In this document: positions 9,572 to 19,234 of the stretch, piece by piece
Position numbering within the stretch: position 1 is the stretch's first letter
How the letters are laid out: the number at the start of each line of letters is the position of its first letter
Source of the DNA: an uncultured delta proteobacterium
GTDB taxonomy: Bacteria; Myxococcota_A; Polyangia; Polyangiales; Houyiibacteriaceae
DNA length: 64,000 nucleotides
Direction of reading: 5' to 3'
Assembly (NCBI GenBank): GCA_963699755.1
Contig: CAVOVB010000010.1
Location: 64,001 to 128,000 of the forward strand
Program-made: the position numbers and the translations under genes
The notes under the pieces: generated by a model
Database searches by the model: none
What the model saw: only the letters and a program-made list of their open reading frames with translations
What the model was told of the DNA's origin: nothing

Positions 9572-10453
9572 TCACACCGAGAGGTAGCGACGCACCGAGA
9601 ACGCGCTCCCCACAGCGCCGATGAGCGCGCCACCGGCCAGAAGCGCCACGAGCGTCCAGAGGCCCAGGAAGACCACACGGCTGCCGGTGAGGGCGGCCAA
9701 GGTCGAATCGACCGACTCGTGCAGGGCCAAATAGCCCGCCAGGAGAGCCAGGACGGCCAGGAGCGCCGAGGCGAAGCCCTGGAACATACCTTCCAAGACG
9801 AAGGGACCGCGAACGAAGCCGTTGGTTGCCCCGCAGAGCTTCATGACTTCGATCTCCTGACGCCGCCGCGCGACGGCGAGACGGATCGTGTTGCCGATGA
9901 CGGCGACCACGCAGAACATCACCAGCAGCGCGAGGCCCAGGGCCAACATGCGCGCGCCCCAAAGGAGCTGGTCTAGCTTCTGGAACCATGCCCCATAGCT
10001 TTCCACGTCGCTCACTGCTCGGAACTGCGCCAGTCGCGCGGCGATCGATTCACTTCGCTCTCTGGTGACGCCATGGACTAGCGCCACCTCGAGCGAAGCC
10101 GGAAACACATCTGGTGGAAGCGCGCTCAGGTCCGCACCGACGTCAGCTTCTTCGAGAAACGAAGAGCGCGCCTGCGAAGGCGAGACGTGCGTCACCTCGC
10201 TCACATCGGCCAAGCCTTCGAGCACGACCCGAAGCTGCGCGATGTCCTGCGCGTCGGCCCCATCCCTCAAAAAGACGGTGATCCGCCCGCTCTGGCCCCA
10301 GCGTGTCGCCGCGGCATCGAGGTTGGTCACGCCGAGGAGCGTAGCCCCGAGGCAAATGAACGCGACAGCCAAGCTCGTGACCGCCACGACGTACAAGCGT
10401 CGCTCTTCACGGAGCCCCCGCCTCGCCCTCGCGATTGCGTTTCTCAGGTCCAT
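9572..10453 (-). CDS. ftsX: Cell division permease FtsX
   Basis: IGNTIRL....RRQEIEVMKLCGAT..FVRGPF.LEG; 4 TM helices; downstream of ftsE. Confidence 0.93.
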   Translation of the reverse strand: MDLRNAIARARRGLREERRLYVVAVTSLAVAFICLGATLLGVTNLDAAATRWGQSGRITVFLRDGADAQDIAQLRVVLEGLADVSEVTHVSPSQARSSFLEEADVGADLSALPPDVFPASLEVALVHGVTRERSESIAARLAQFRAVSDVESYGAWFQKLDQLLWGARMLALGLALLVMFCVVAVIGNTIRLAVARRRQEIEVMKLCGATNGFVRGPFVLEGMFQGFASALLAVLALLAGYLALHESVDSTLAALTGSRVVFLGLWTLVALLAGGALIGAVGSAFSVRRYLSV

Positions 10454-10457
10454 CGTT

Positions 10458-11246
10458 TCACCCTGCCATCGTGTGAATGCCACTGCCCGGCCAGTGCTTG
10501 AGCCCCTTTTGAGACTCCAACACGCGGCCTTCGTCGATCGAGATCAAGCGGTGGTCCCGCTTGGAGATCAGGGAATGGTCGTGGGTAGCGAAGAGCACCG
10601 TCGTCCCGGTCGAGTTGATCTCCTCGAAGAGAGTCAGAATGTCGATCGCGAGATGCGGGTCGAGGTTTCCGGTCGGCTCGTCTGCCAAGATGAGCGCAGG
10701 CTCGGGAACGATGGCCCTGGCGACTGCGACGCGCTGCTTCTCGCCCCCAGAGAGATTGGTGATCAGCTCTGGACCGCGGCCGGCCAAACCCACGCGCTCG
10801 AGCGCCTCCGCGACCCGCGATCGGATGAGCCGCTTCGGCATGGAGACGATCTCCAGGGCGACGGCTACGTTTTCAAAGACCGTCCAGTGGTCGATGATGC
10901 GGAAGTCCTGAAATACGATGCCGAGGTTGCGGCGCAAGAACGGAATCGACTTCTCTGTCAGGCGGCCGATGTCTCGACCACAAAAGAGCACCCGCCCCTC
11001 ATCGACCGTGAGCTCCCGGTACACCAGCTTCAAGAGCGTGCTCTTACCGGCGCCACTTGGCCCGGTAATGAACACGAACTCCCCACGCTCGATCTTGAGG
11101 CCGACACCGCGCAGCGTCGGCTGGTCGGGTCTGAAGAATTTATAGACGTCCTCCAACACCAGAATCGGCTTCGATAGCTGAGGTTGGCTCGCGCGTGCGC
11201 CAGCCCGAAAGAACGGAAACGGCCGTACTACCTTGGTTTCCTGCAT
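10458..11246 (-). CDS. ftsE: Cell division ATP-binding protein FtsE
   Basis: GPSGAGKST, IPFLRR.LGIVFQDFR, LSGGEKQR, ADEPTGNLD, FATHD. Confidence 0.95.
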   Translation of the reverse strand: MQETKVVRPFPFFRAGARASQPQLSKPILVLEDVYKFFRPDQPTLRGVGLKIERGEFVFITGPSGAGKSTLLKLVYRELTVDEGRVLFCGRDIGRLTEKSIPFLRRNLGIVFQDFRIIDHWTVFENVAVALEIVSMPKRLIRSRVAEALERVGLAGRGPELITNLSGGEKQRVAVARAIVPEPALILADEPTGNLDPHLAIDILTLFEEINSTGTTVLFATHDHSLISKRDHRLISIDEGRVLESQKGLKHWPGSGIHTMAG

Positions 11247-11341
11247 AGAGTCCCGCTAACCCGTTCAGCTGCTCGTGCGCAAGAAATCGGCCAACAATCC
11301 GCGGTTGCCGAGGGCGGCGCGACGGCTAAAGTGCCGGCAAC

Positions 11342-12127
11342 ATGGGCGAGCGGGCGGTCTTGTACGAGGCGGCGGACCGGATCGGGATGATTACCTTGAA
11401 TCGTCCCGATCAGCGGAACGCCATGACTCCAGAGCTTCTGGACGCGTTCTCCGTGGCCATCGGAGAGGCCCTGGCCGACGAGGAGATCCGCTGCCTGCTC
11501 ATCACCGGAACGGGCCCTTGCTTCAGTGCGGGCGCCGATCTTCGCTCGTCTTTGCAGCGGAGCGACCTGGGGAAGCCCGCCACTGAGGCCTCTTTCGCGA
11601 TGTATCAGCCCTTTCTGCAAGTTCTGGAGGTCAGAGTACCGGTGATCGCCGCAATGAACGGCCACGCCGTCGGCGGCGGATTCGGGCTTAGCCTTCTCGC
11701 CGACATCCGGGTGGCAAACGCCGATGCAAAATACGGGGCGAATTTCGCACGCTTAGGCATCCATTCTGGACTCGGCATCAGCTACGTGCTTCCAAGGCTG
11801 GTCGGCCCCGCGCATGCATCCGAGCTGCTGTTCACCGGCAAGCTGGTCCGCGGAAGCGAGGCGCTTCGGATCGGCCTGGCGACGCATGCGGTCGATGCGG
11901 AAGAGGTCCTGCCCACGGCGATGCGACTGTCCCGTGCAGTCGCCGGGTCGGCTCCAATGGCTGTCCAGCAGATGAAGGCCTCGATTCGCAGAGGCCTTCG
12001 CTGGGAGATTCGCCAAGCCGCGCTCGAGGAAGCAGGGCTTCAAGCCGCAAGCCTCGAAAGCGAAGACGCGAAAGAAGGCATTGCAGCGATTCTCGAGAAG
12101 CGGGAACCTGAGTTCACCGGCCGATAA
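11342..12127 (+). CDS. Enoyl-CoA hydratase/isomerase family protein
   Basis: ITLNRPD.RNA, FSAGADL, AMNGHAVGGG, EKREPEFTGR. Confidence 0.92.
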   Translation: MGERAVLYEAADRIGMITLNRPDQRNAMTPELLDAFSVAIGEALADEEIRCLLITGTGPCFSAGADLRSSLQRSDLGKPATEASFAMYQPFLQVLEVRVPVIAAMNGHAVGGGFGLSLLADIRVANADAKYGANFARLGIHSGLGISYVLPRLVGPAHASELLFTGKLVRGSEALRIGLATHAVDAEEVLPTAMRLSRAVAGSAPMAVQQMKASIRRGLRWEIRQAALEEAGLQAASLESEDAKEGIAAILEKREPEFTGR

Positions 12128-12131
12128 ACCC

Positions 12132-13244
12132 ATGCTGGCGCTCCCAAAGCTTCCGATACCGCTCGATACCATGCCCGAAGCGCTCCGTCGCTTTGCGGAG
12201 CCCAAGGCGCCCACGCCAGCGAAGATGATGGCAGCCCGGGGAATGGTCCCGGTCAAAGGCGCCGGCCTCGTCACCCTGCTCGCGCAGCTGAGCGCCGATG
12301 CGGACCCGACGGTATCGGAAGCGGCGAAGAGCACGCTCGAGGGTCTGCCGGAAAACGTCCTTCTCCCCGTATGCAACGAAGACCTGCATCCGGCCGTCTT
12401 TCACCTGATTGCGCTCCAATTCTCGAAAAACGACGAGGTCTTGGCGCGCCTGGCTTCGAACCATTCGGTCGCCGACGCCACTATTGCGAAGATTTCGGCG
12501 CGCTGCCCAGAGCGCGTCGCGGAGATTATCTCCGTGAACGAGCAGCGACTCCTGGGGGCCCCGGAGATCATCGAAGCCCTCTACAAGAACCGCAACACCC
12601 GGATGTCGACGGCCGACCGACTCATCGAGCTCGCGGCTCGGCACGGGGTCGAGCTGACCGGCATTCCGATGTTCGACGAGCTGAAGAAGGCCATCCAGGG
12701 CCAGTTGATCCCCGAGCCGGGTGAGGAGCCGCTTCCGTCCGACGAGCTCTTTGCGAACGCGCTCGCAGAGGACGACGAGCAAGACGCAGTCGCGCGCGAC
12801 GAGCTCGACGGAACCGAGGAAACCAAAGAGGAGTTCATCCCGCTTCAGGCCAAGCTTCGCTCGATGAACGTCGGCGAGAAGATCCGAATGGCCCTTCTTG
12901 GCAATGCAGCCACGCGCTCGATCCTCGTCCGAGACCCGAACCGCGTGGTCGCCATGGCGGCCATCTCTTCGCCCGCGCTGACCGAGAACGAAGCGAAGAA
13001 CGCCGCGCAGAGTCGCGAGGTTTCCGAAGACGTGCTTCGCTTCATTGGCAGAAAGCGCGAGTGGCTGCGGAGCTATGAAATCAAGCGTCACCTCTGCAAC
13101 AACCCGAAGACGCCAATTGCGATTTCGATGGCCTTTCTCAATCACCTTCGTCGAAACGACCTGCGCGCCCTCGCGCGAAGCCGGGGGATTCCGGGGCCCC
13201 TCAAGCAGTCCGCCAAGCGAAGGTCGAAGCAGTTTGATCAATGA
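12132..13244 (+). CDS. Conserved hypothetical helical-repeat protein
   Basis: C-terminal EKIRMALLGN..RSIL.RDPNR...REW...YEIK..L..NPKTP pattern that I recall from deltaproteobacterial hypothetical proteins; acidic linker. Confidence 0.75.
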   Translation: MLALPKLPIPLDTMPEALRRFAEPKAPTPAKMMAARGMVPVKGAGLVTLLAQLSADADPTVSEAAKSTLEGLPENVLLPVCNEDLHPAVFHLIALQFSKNDEVLARLASNHSVADATIAKISARCPERVAEIISVNEQRLLGAPEIIEALYKNRNTRMSTADRLIELAARHGVELTGIPMFDELKKAIQGQLIPEPGEEPLPSDELFANALAEDDEQDAVARDELDGTEETKEEFIPLQAKLRSMNVGEKIRMALLGNAATRSILVRDPNRVVAMAAISSPALTENEAKNAAQSREVSEDVLRFIGRKREWLRSYEIKRHLCNNPKTPIAISMAFLNHLRRNDLRALARSRGIPGPLKQSAKRRSKQFDQ

Positions 13245-14485
13245 GCTTCTTCAAGAAACTGTTTTCCAGCGACCCCGAAGCGCTCGAGAAGAAGGCCGAC
13301 GCGCTCTATGCCGCTCGCGAGTTCGGTCCTGCCAAGCTCGCGTACGACAAAGCCCTGGCTGCATCTGCCGAAGGTGCAAGAGAGGCGCTTGTGGAGAAGA
13401 TCCGACTCTGCACCAACCAGATCGCCCGGCAGCGAATCGAAGAGGCGAAGGCGTATCTCGAGCAGGGCTCGATCGAGCTAGCAGAGCAGGAGCTCCAAGG
13501 TGCCTTGGAGGTCGCAAGCGACGACGCGCTCCTCCACCAGGCCCAGGCATTGCTCGATGGTCTCGAGGGCGAAGAAGCGCAGGCGCAGGCGGCATCTCCG
13601 GAGATGACCGACGAAGAGCGGATGGCGCTGCTGATGGGCCATTGGCAGGACGCCCAGGCCGAGGAATACGAGGGCTACGGCGACCCCTTGATCGAGGCGC
13701 TGCTCGCCATGCAGAGAGAAGAGCTCAGCGAGGCGCGGGCCCAACTCGAAGCGCTGCTCGCCGACGCACCCGAGCCTCGATACCTCTGGCTCGAGGTCGG
13801 CCGTGCTCGCCTGCTCTGCGACGATATCCTGGGGGGCAAAGACGCCTTGCGGCGCTTTCTGGCGGCGCTGCCCCAGGATGAAGGAGGCGAGACGAGGCTG
13901 GCTGCGAATCTTTCGCTGGCCCGGCTTGCAGACGAAGCTGACGCGTTCGAGGAGGCGATGGGCTATTTCGAAGGCGCAGTGCATGCGCTCCCAGAGGACT
14001 ACCGGCCCTATCTCGCCATGGGGGCGTTCCTCAGGGCCAAGGGGCACGCCGAAGAAGCCCTAGAGGTCCTGGGGACCTCGCTCGAGCTCAGCGTCACCTC
14101 GGGAACTGACTGGCGGCTCCTCGAAGAGCTCGGCCTCGCTTCGGAGCTCGCCGGCAAGATGGACGATGCTCGAAGCTTCCTTCAACAAGTGGTCGAGTTC
14201 TTTAGCGGTCACCAGATCACAGACTTCCCGCCCACCACGGCCACGACACTGGCCAAACTCTATGAAGCCGACGGTCGATTAGATCGTGCGGCAGATCTCT
14301 ACCGGGCCCTGAGCCAGGGCAGCGACCGAGATCGACATGCGCTCTATCACTTCGAAGCGGGGCGCTTGCTCAAGGCCCTTGAGCTCGAGGATGAGGCCCG
14401 CCGCATGCTCACTCGCGCCAAGGCGCTCCTCCGCGAGGAGGACGTGGAGCTCGGCGAAAAGGTCGCAGCGCTGCTACAGGCTTAG
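13241..14485 (+). CDS. Tetratricopeptide-repeat protein
   Basis: Repeated amphipathic helix pairs (A..YFE.A....P....Y..MG); ATGA overlap with the upstream gene. Confidence 0.8.
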   Translation: MSFFKKLFSSDPEALEKKADALYAAREFGPAKLAYDKALAASAEGAREALVEKIRLCTNQIARQRIEEAKAYLEQGSIELAEQELQGALEVASDDALLHQAQALLDGLEGEEAQAQAASPEMTDEERMALLMGHWQDAQAEEYEGYGDPLIEALLAMQREELSEARAQLEALLADAPEPRYLWLEVGRARLLCDDILGGKDALRRFLAALPQDEGGETRLAANLSLARLADEADAFEEAMGYFEGAVHALPEDYRPYLAMGAFLRAKGHAEEALEVLGTSLELSVTSGTDWRLLEELGLASELAGKMDDARSFLQQVVEFFSGHQITDFPPTTATTLAKLYEADGRLDRAADLYRALSQGSDRDRHALYHFEAGRLLKALELEDEARRMLTRAKALLREEDVELGEKVAALLQA

Positions 14486-14522
14486 CGGCTAGCGGGCTGA
14501 TTTCGCGTCCGTTTTGCGCATG

Positions 14523-14550
14523 CTGACGCAATCGAGATCGGTGCTATATT
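14523..14550 (+). promoter_or_regulatory. Sigma70-type promoter of panBC
   Basis: CTGACG-16 nt-TATATT with an extended TG. Confidence 0.5.
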
Positions 14551-14611
14551 CACAGGGCGTAGCGGCGTGGACCGGGAATCGACCTGGCCGCGACCAAAGC
14601 GAGAGAAGCCG

Positions 14612-15514
14612 ATGACCCGAGGACATGCCTCCAATGAGCGGCCCGTGACGGTTCCTCGTCTTCGCAAGATGAAGCGTGACGGCGCCCGGATCAGCATGGT
14701 GACCGCCTACGATGCGACCTTCGCGCGCCTCTTCGACGACGCGGGCATTGATGTGCTGCTCGTGGGCGACTCCCTCGGAATGGTCGTGCAGGGTCGGGAC
14801 TCTACGCTGCCGGTGACGGTCGATGAGGTCATCTATCACTGCCGAGCGGTCGCACGAGGGACGCGGCGCGCACACATCGTGGGAGACATGCCGTTCCTCA
14901 GCTGGCAACTGAGCACGGAGCAGGCGCTTCGCAATGCGGGCCGCTTCCTCTCGGAAGGTGGTGCACAGTCGGTGAAGCTCGAAGGCGGTGTCGAGGCTGG
15001 GCCCACGATCGAGCGGATCGTTGAGGCGGGTATTCCCGTCATGGCCCATGTGGGTCTCACCCCGCAGAGTGTCCATGCGATGGGCGGATTTCGAGTGCAA
15101 GGCAAGACCGAAGAGACGGCAGACAGGATCATGGCCGATGCAAGGGCGGTCGCCGAAGCGGGCGCTTACGCGCTCGTGCTCGAGGGCATTCCTAGCGATC
15201 TCGCCCAAAGCATCAGTGAAGAGATCGACATCCCAACGATCGGCATCGGCGCCGGGCCGCACTGCGACGGGCAGGTTCTCGTCTGTTACGACCTGCTCGG
15301 CCTGACGCCGGACCTCAAGCCAAAGTTCGTGAAGCGTTACGCTGAGTTCTTCGACGAAGGACTGGCCGCAGCACAGCGCTATCGCGACGAGGTTCGAACC
15401 GGGGTGTTCCCGAGTGAAGAGCACGGCTTCGGCAACGTGAAGAGAGGTGAGACACCATCATCGGGGCTCAGCCTCGTTCAACACGTTAGGCCGGCTTACG
15501 GGCCCAAGGGATGA
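14612..15514 (+). CDS. panB: 3-methyl-2-oxobutanoate hydroxymethyltransferase
   Basis: [45 protein letters not shown]. Confidence 0.97.
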   Translation: MTRGHASNERPVTVPRLRKMKRDGARISMVTAYDATFARLFDDAGIDVLLVGDSLGMVVQGRDSTLPVTVDEVIYHCRAVARGTRRAHIVGDMPFLSWQLSTEQALRNAGRFLSEGGAQSVKLEGGVEAGPTIERIVEAGIPVMAHVGLTPQSVHAMGGFRVQGKTEETADRIMADARAVAEAGAYALVLEGIPSDLAQSISEEIDIPTIGIGAGPHCDGQVLVCYDLLGLTPDLKPKFVKRYAEFFDEGLAAAQRYRDEVRTGVFPSEEHGFGNVKRGETPSSGLSLVQHVRPAYGPKG

Positions 15515-16368
15515 GCAGAGTCGTACGCAAGCCTGCCGAGTTCCGGCGGGCCTGCGAAGATGCGCGCGCTCATCAGCGTCGTGTCGGTCTGATCCCGACG
15601 ATGGGTGCGCTTCACGACGGACACTTCTCGTTGATCGAGGAAGCGAAGGCCCGAGCCGACTTCATCGCGCTGACGATCTTCGTCAACCCCTTGCAGTTTG
15701 CGCCCGGAGAGGATCTGGAGCGCTATCCGCGGACCTTCGAGGCGGACCTCGCGGGTTGCCGCGAACGCGAGGTCGACCTGGTGTTCGCGCCCGAGCCGAG
15801 ATCGATGTACCCGGAGCGTTTTCAAACCCAGGTTTCGGTCGGCGAGCTCGCCAAACCCCTCGAAGGCCAGTTCCGCCCGGCCCATTTCGACGGCGTGACC
15901 ACGGTCGTGGCAAAGCTCTTCAACCTCACCGGCCCGTGCACGGCGATGTTCGGCCGCAAGGACTACCAGCAGTGGAAGGTTCTCTCCCAGATGGCCGTCG
16001 ACCTGGACATGCCGATCGAGGTCGTAGGCTGCCCGATCATCCGCGAGCCCGATGGCCTCGCCCTCTCCTCCCGAAACCGCTATCTCAATGCGGCCGACCG
16101 GGCACGGGCGCTCTCAATCGTGTCCGGGCTCCGGCGCGCCCACGATGCGTGGCAGCAGGGCGAGCGGCATGCGGACACACTTCGTGCGCTGGCTGCAGAT
16201 ACGGTAGAGCAATCCTGCGATCGCGTTGACTACGTAGCAGCGGTCGATCCGGATACCCTCAATGCGCCGGGCGGGACCTCGGACGCGCTCCTGATCGCAG
16301 TGGCCGCTCACCTCGGTGCCACCCGACTAATCGACAACGTCGTCCTCGGCAGCGACCCACGCCCCTAG
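15511..16368 (+). CDS. panC: Pantoate-beta-alanine ligase
   Basis: [50 protein letters not shown]. Confidence 0.97.
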   Translation: MSRVVRKPAEFRRACEDARAHQRRVGLIPTMGALHDGHFSLIEEAKARADFIALTIFVNPLQFAPGEDLERYPRTFEADLAGCREREVDLVFAPEPRSMYPERFQTQVSVGELAKPLEGQFRPAHFDGVTTVVAKLFNLTGPCTAMFGRKDYQQWKVLSQMAVDLDMPIEVVGCPIIREPDGLALSSRNRYLNAADRARALSIVSGLRRAHDAWQQGERHADTLRALAADTVEQSCDRVDYVAAVDPDTLNAPGGTSDALLIAVAAHLGATRLIDNVVLGSDPRP

Positions 16369-16431
16369 GGCCGCTGGGTCCGCAACGGACGATTGTATGA
16401 CGTCGAACGGCGCTTCGCGTATGCTTGAGCC

Positions 16432-16941
16432 ATGAGTCGACCACCTACGCCCAAGCTGAATGCAGACCACCTGGTGGACATCGGGCTCTTTGGAGGGCTG
16501 AGCAGGGAGACGCTTACGGTTCTCGCTGAGTCCCTGCCGGCGACTCGCGTCGAAGCTGGAGACATGGTGGTCGAAGAAGGTGACATGTCCACCCAGATGT
16601 TCGTCGTGATTGCCGGCGAGCTCGAGGTCATCAAAAAGGGCGAGTCCGGCGGCGACGTGCGTGTCGCCGTCCTTGGCCCGAGTGACTGGTTCGGCGAGAT
16701 GTCGATCATCGACGTTCAGCCGCGTTCTGCAAGCGTGCGGGCCGTAGCTCCCACCTTGGTGCTCTCAATAACCGCCGAGCACGTGGAGAACCTGCTCTAC
16801 CGACGCGATCTCAAAGACTACGCGCTCTTCGTCATGAACATCGCGCGTGAGCTCAGCCGACGCCTCCGGGTTGCCGATGGAATCCTCGCGCAGTTCTACA
16901 CTGCGCTCGCCAATCAGTATGGTTCGGCGCCGAGAAGCTGA
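16432..16941 (+). CDS. Stand-alone cyclic nucleotide-binding domain protein
   Basis: FGEMSIID..PRSASV phosphate-binding cassette; no C-terminal HTH. Confidence 0.85.
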   Translation: MSRPPTPKLNADHLVDIGLFGGLSRETLTVLAESLPATRVEAGDMVVEEGDMSTQMFVVIAGELEVIKKGESGGDVRVAVLGPSDWFGEMSIIDVQPRSASVRAVAPTLVLSITAEHVENLLYRRDLKDYALFVMNIARELSRRLRVADGILAQFYTALANQYGSAPRS

Positions 16942-17015
16942 TATCGCGTTGGGACTGGGTTGGGGATCGATCTCGGAGCTGGTTCCAGCGAGGCAAGCCG
17001 ATCGAGGAATAGCCG

Positions 17016-17864
17016 CTAGAACATGCCGGGCGGCGGAGTGGTCATGCGCTTGATCGCTTCGTGATTCTGAAGGGCCTCGAGGATGATCGTCGCTGTCTCC
17101 TCGATGGCGCAGTTCGTCACGTCGACGACCATCCACTCGGGGTTGTTTCGAATAATGCCGTGCGCGTACTCGAGCTCGGCTTTGACGTGCTCGCGGAGGC
17201 CGTAGTTTGCGTCGGGGGGCATGCCGAGCTGTTGAAGGCGCTGCCTGCGAATGTCGATCAATTGGTCGACGTCGATGGTGAGGCCCACCACGCGCACACC
17301 TGGAAGCTGGTAGAGCTCTTCGGGCGGCTCCACGCCGAGCACGAGCGGCACGTTCGCTACTTTGAGCCCGCGGCCTGCGAGATAGGTCGACAGCGGCGTC
17401 TTACTCGTGCGGCTCACGCCAACCAGTACCAGGTCGGCCTTGTGCAGATTGCGTGGCTCTTTGCCGTCGTCGCTCTTGACCGCGAACTCGATCGCTTCGA
17501 CCCGCCGGAAGTACTCTTCGGAGAGCGGCATCTCGGCGGTCGGGATGTTCACGGGGTCTGCTTCGAGGTAGTGGCCGATTTGACGGATCATGGTGCCGAT
17601 CACGTCGACGTGACGGACCTTTAGTCGGGTCGCCTGCGCGTTGAAGTGGTCGCGCAGCTCCGGTCGCACCAGCGTGAAGACGACCATCGCCTGCTCGACT
17701 GCTGCGCGTTCAAGGATCTTAGTCAGACCGCCTCGGTCTCGCTGACGCCGCTCGATCTTCACGCGAACGCCGTGATCGGGAAACTGAAGAAGCGTCGCTC
17801 GCGTCACTCGCTCGGCCGTCTCACCGGTCGAGTCGCTGACGACGTAGATGAGCTTCGCGTCCAT
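17016..17864 (-). CDS. ppsR: PEP synthase/pyruvate,phosphate dikinase regulatory kinase-pyrophosphorylase (DUF299)
   Basis: VSDSTGETAE, YFRRVEAIEFAVKSDDG, GVSRTSKTPLS.YLA, IEETA. Confidence 0.93.
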   Translation of the reverse strand: MDAKLIYVVSDSTGETAERVTRATLLQFPDHGVRVKIERRQRDRGGLTKILERAAVEQAMVVFTLVRPELRDHFNAQATRLKVRHVDVIGTMIRQIGHYLEADPVNIPTAEMPLSEEYFRRVEAIEFAVKSDDGKEPRNLHKADLVLVGVSRTSKTPLSTYLAGRGLKVANVPLVLGVEPPEELYQLPGVRVVGLTIDVDQLIDIRRQRLQQLGMPPDANYGLREHVKAELEYAHGIIRNNPEWMVVDVTNCAIEETATIILEALQNHEAIKRMTTPPPGMF

Positions 17865-17875
17865 CGAGGTCGCGC

Positions 17876-18010
17876 TCAGAGCCGGCGCCCCAGCTTGCGT
17901 CCGTGCATTCGGTTGACGCGACGGCGGTTCTTCGCCTTCCGCTTTGCGTTGCGGCGCGCAGCCTTGTTGCGCTTGCGAGCCCGGTCGCTGTTCACGATGT
18001 TCAGATACAT
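17876..18010 (-). CDS. Small (44 aa) highly basic protein, unannotated
   Basis: MYLNIVNSDRARKRNKAARRNAKRKAKNRRRVNRMHGRKLGRRL*. SD AGGAG 6 nt before ATG. Fills the gap between two same-strand genes. Confidence 0.75.
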   Translation of the reverse strand: MYLNIVNSDRARKRNKAARRNAKRKAKNRRRVNRMHGRKLGRRL

Positions 18011-18074
18011 GAAATACTCCTGAGGAGCCGGGTCTAGGGGATGGCTAGGATTCGCGCAAGCCGCGTCACCCCAA

Positions 18075-19148
18075 TCACCGGTTTCGTCGTGGCAGGAGTA
18101 ACCAGTAGTCCAGATCTAGGACAACATCCCTGTGGTAGACCTGTCGACCATCCTTCGCTACCTTGAGGGGAAAGCCTGACTCGGTCGGGCGAACGTCTTT
18201 GAGGCCTACTAGCCTGACCCGAAGGGCCCCGCAGTCGCCGCGCCCAGGGATGTCGGCTTTGTCCAGAATTTCGCTGTAAGCGTAGATGGTGTCGCCCGCG
18301 AAGGTCGGGTTCGCGTGTGCTCCGCCGTTCCAAGCGAGGATGCCGAGCACCTGCTCCAATCCGTTGAACGAGAGCGAGCGCGCCACGCTGATGACGTGAC
18401 CGCCGTACATCAAACGACGACCGAAGCGGGTCTCTTTGGTTTGGACGGCGTCGAAGTGAACCTTCGCGGTGTTTTGATAGAGGCGCGTGGCGGTCGCGTG
18501 CTCGGCCTCTTCGATGGTCATGCCATCGACATGGTCGATCTTCTCGCCCGCCTCGTAATCTTCGAAGTAGGCGCTCCCTCCCGAGGGCCAGGCTTCGTAC
18601 GCGCTCAGATCGAGGTTGGCCGGAACGACGAAGTCCGCCGGCGCGACTTCCTTCGGCATCGCGGGCGCGTCGTTTGCGCCGGTCGGCGTGGACGGGTCAC
18701 GCTTGTGAACCATTACCCAGCGATAGTACTCGAGGACCGGCTTGCCGTGCTGATTGGTGCCGACCGTCTTGACCCAGACCACGCCGGTCTTGCCGCTGCT
18801 GTTTTCCTTCTTCCCAACGACCTCTGAGATCGACTGCAAAGTGTCTCCCGGGTAGACCGGAGCCAAGAACCGGACGCCAGCGTAACCCAGGTTCGCAACG
18901 GCGTTGAGCGAGACGTCGTTGACCGTCTTGCCGAAGACGATGTGAAACGTGAGAAGGTCGTTGATCGTCTCGCGAGGGTGGCCGAGGGAGCGGGCAAACT
19001 CCGCCGAGCAGTGGAGCGGATAGCGCGACCCGGTGAGTCCGATGTAGACAGCCGCCTCGCCCTCAGTGATGGTCCGGGGCACCGCATGCACGAGCTCCCC
19101 GCCGACTTGGAAGTCCTCGAAAAAGTTACCTGGATTGGTCTTGGCCAT
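18075..19148 (-). CDS. mch: Mesaconyl-CoA hydratase (double MaoC hot-dog fold)
   Basis: MAKTNPGNFFEDF...HAVPRTITEG, FHIVFGKTV.DVSLNAVANLGYA, YQNTAKVHF, YGGHVIS closely match Chloroflexus/Rhodobacter Mch as I remember them. Confidence 0.85.
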   Translation of the reverse strand: MAKTNPGNFFEDFQVGGELVHAVPRTITEGEAAVYIGLTGSRYPLHCSAEFARSLGHPRETINDLLTFHIVFGKTVNDVSLNAVANLGYAGVRFLAPVYPGDTLQSISEVVGKKENSSGKTGVVWVKTVGTNQHGKPVLEYYRWVMVHKRDPSTPTGANDAPAMPKEVAPADFVVPANLDLSAYEAWPSGGSAYFEDYEAGEKIDHVDGMTIEEAEHATATRLYQNTAKVHFDAVQTKETRFGRRLMYGGHVISVARSLSFNGLEQVLGILAWNGGAHANPTFAGDTIYAYSEILDKADIPGRGDCGALRVRLVGLKDVRPTESGFPLKVAKDGRQVYHRDVVLDLDYWLLLPRRNR

Positions 19149-19234
19149 GTCGTTTCCTCGGTTGGGAACGAGCGACTCTAGCCCGTAAAGTCGGCGCTGT
19201 CGCATCGCTCGCTAGGGTGCTATTTAGGGGCGCA

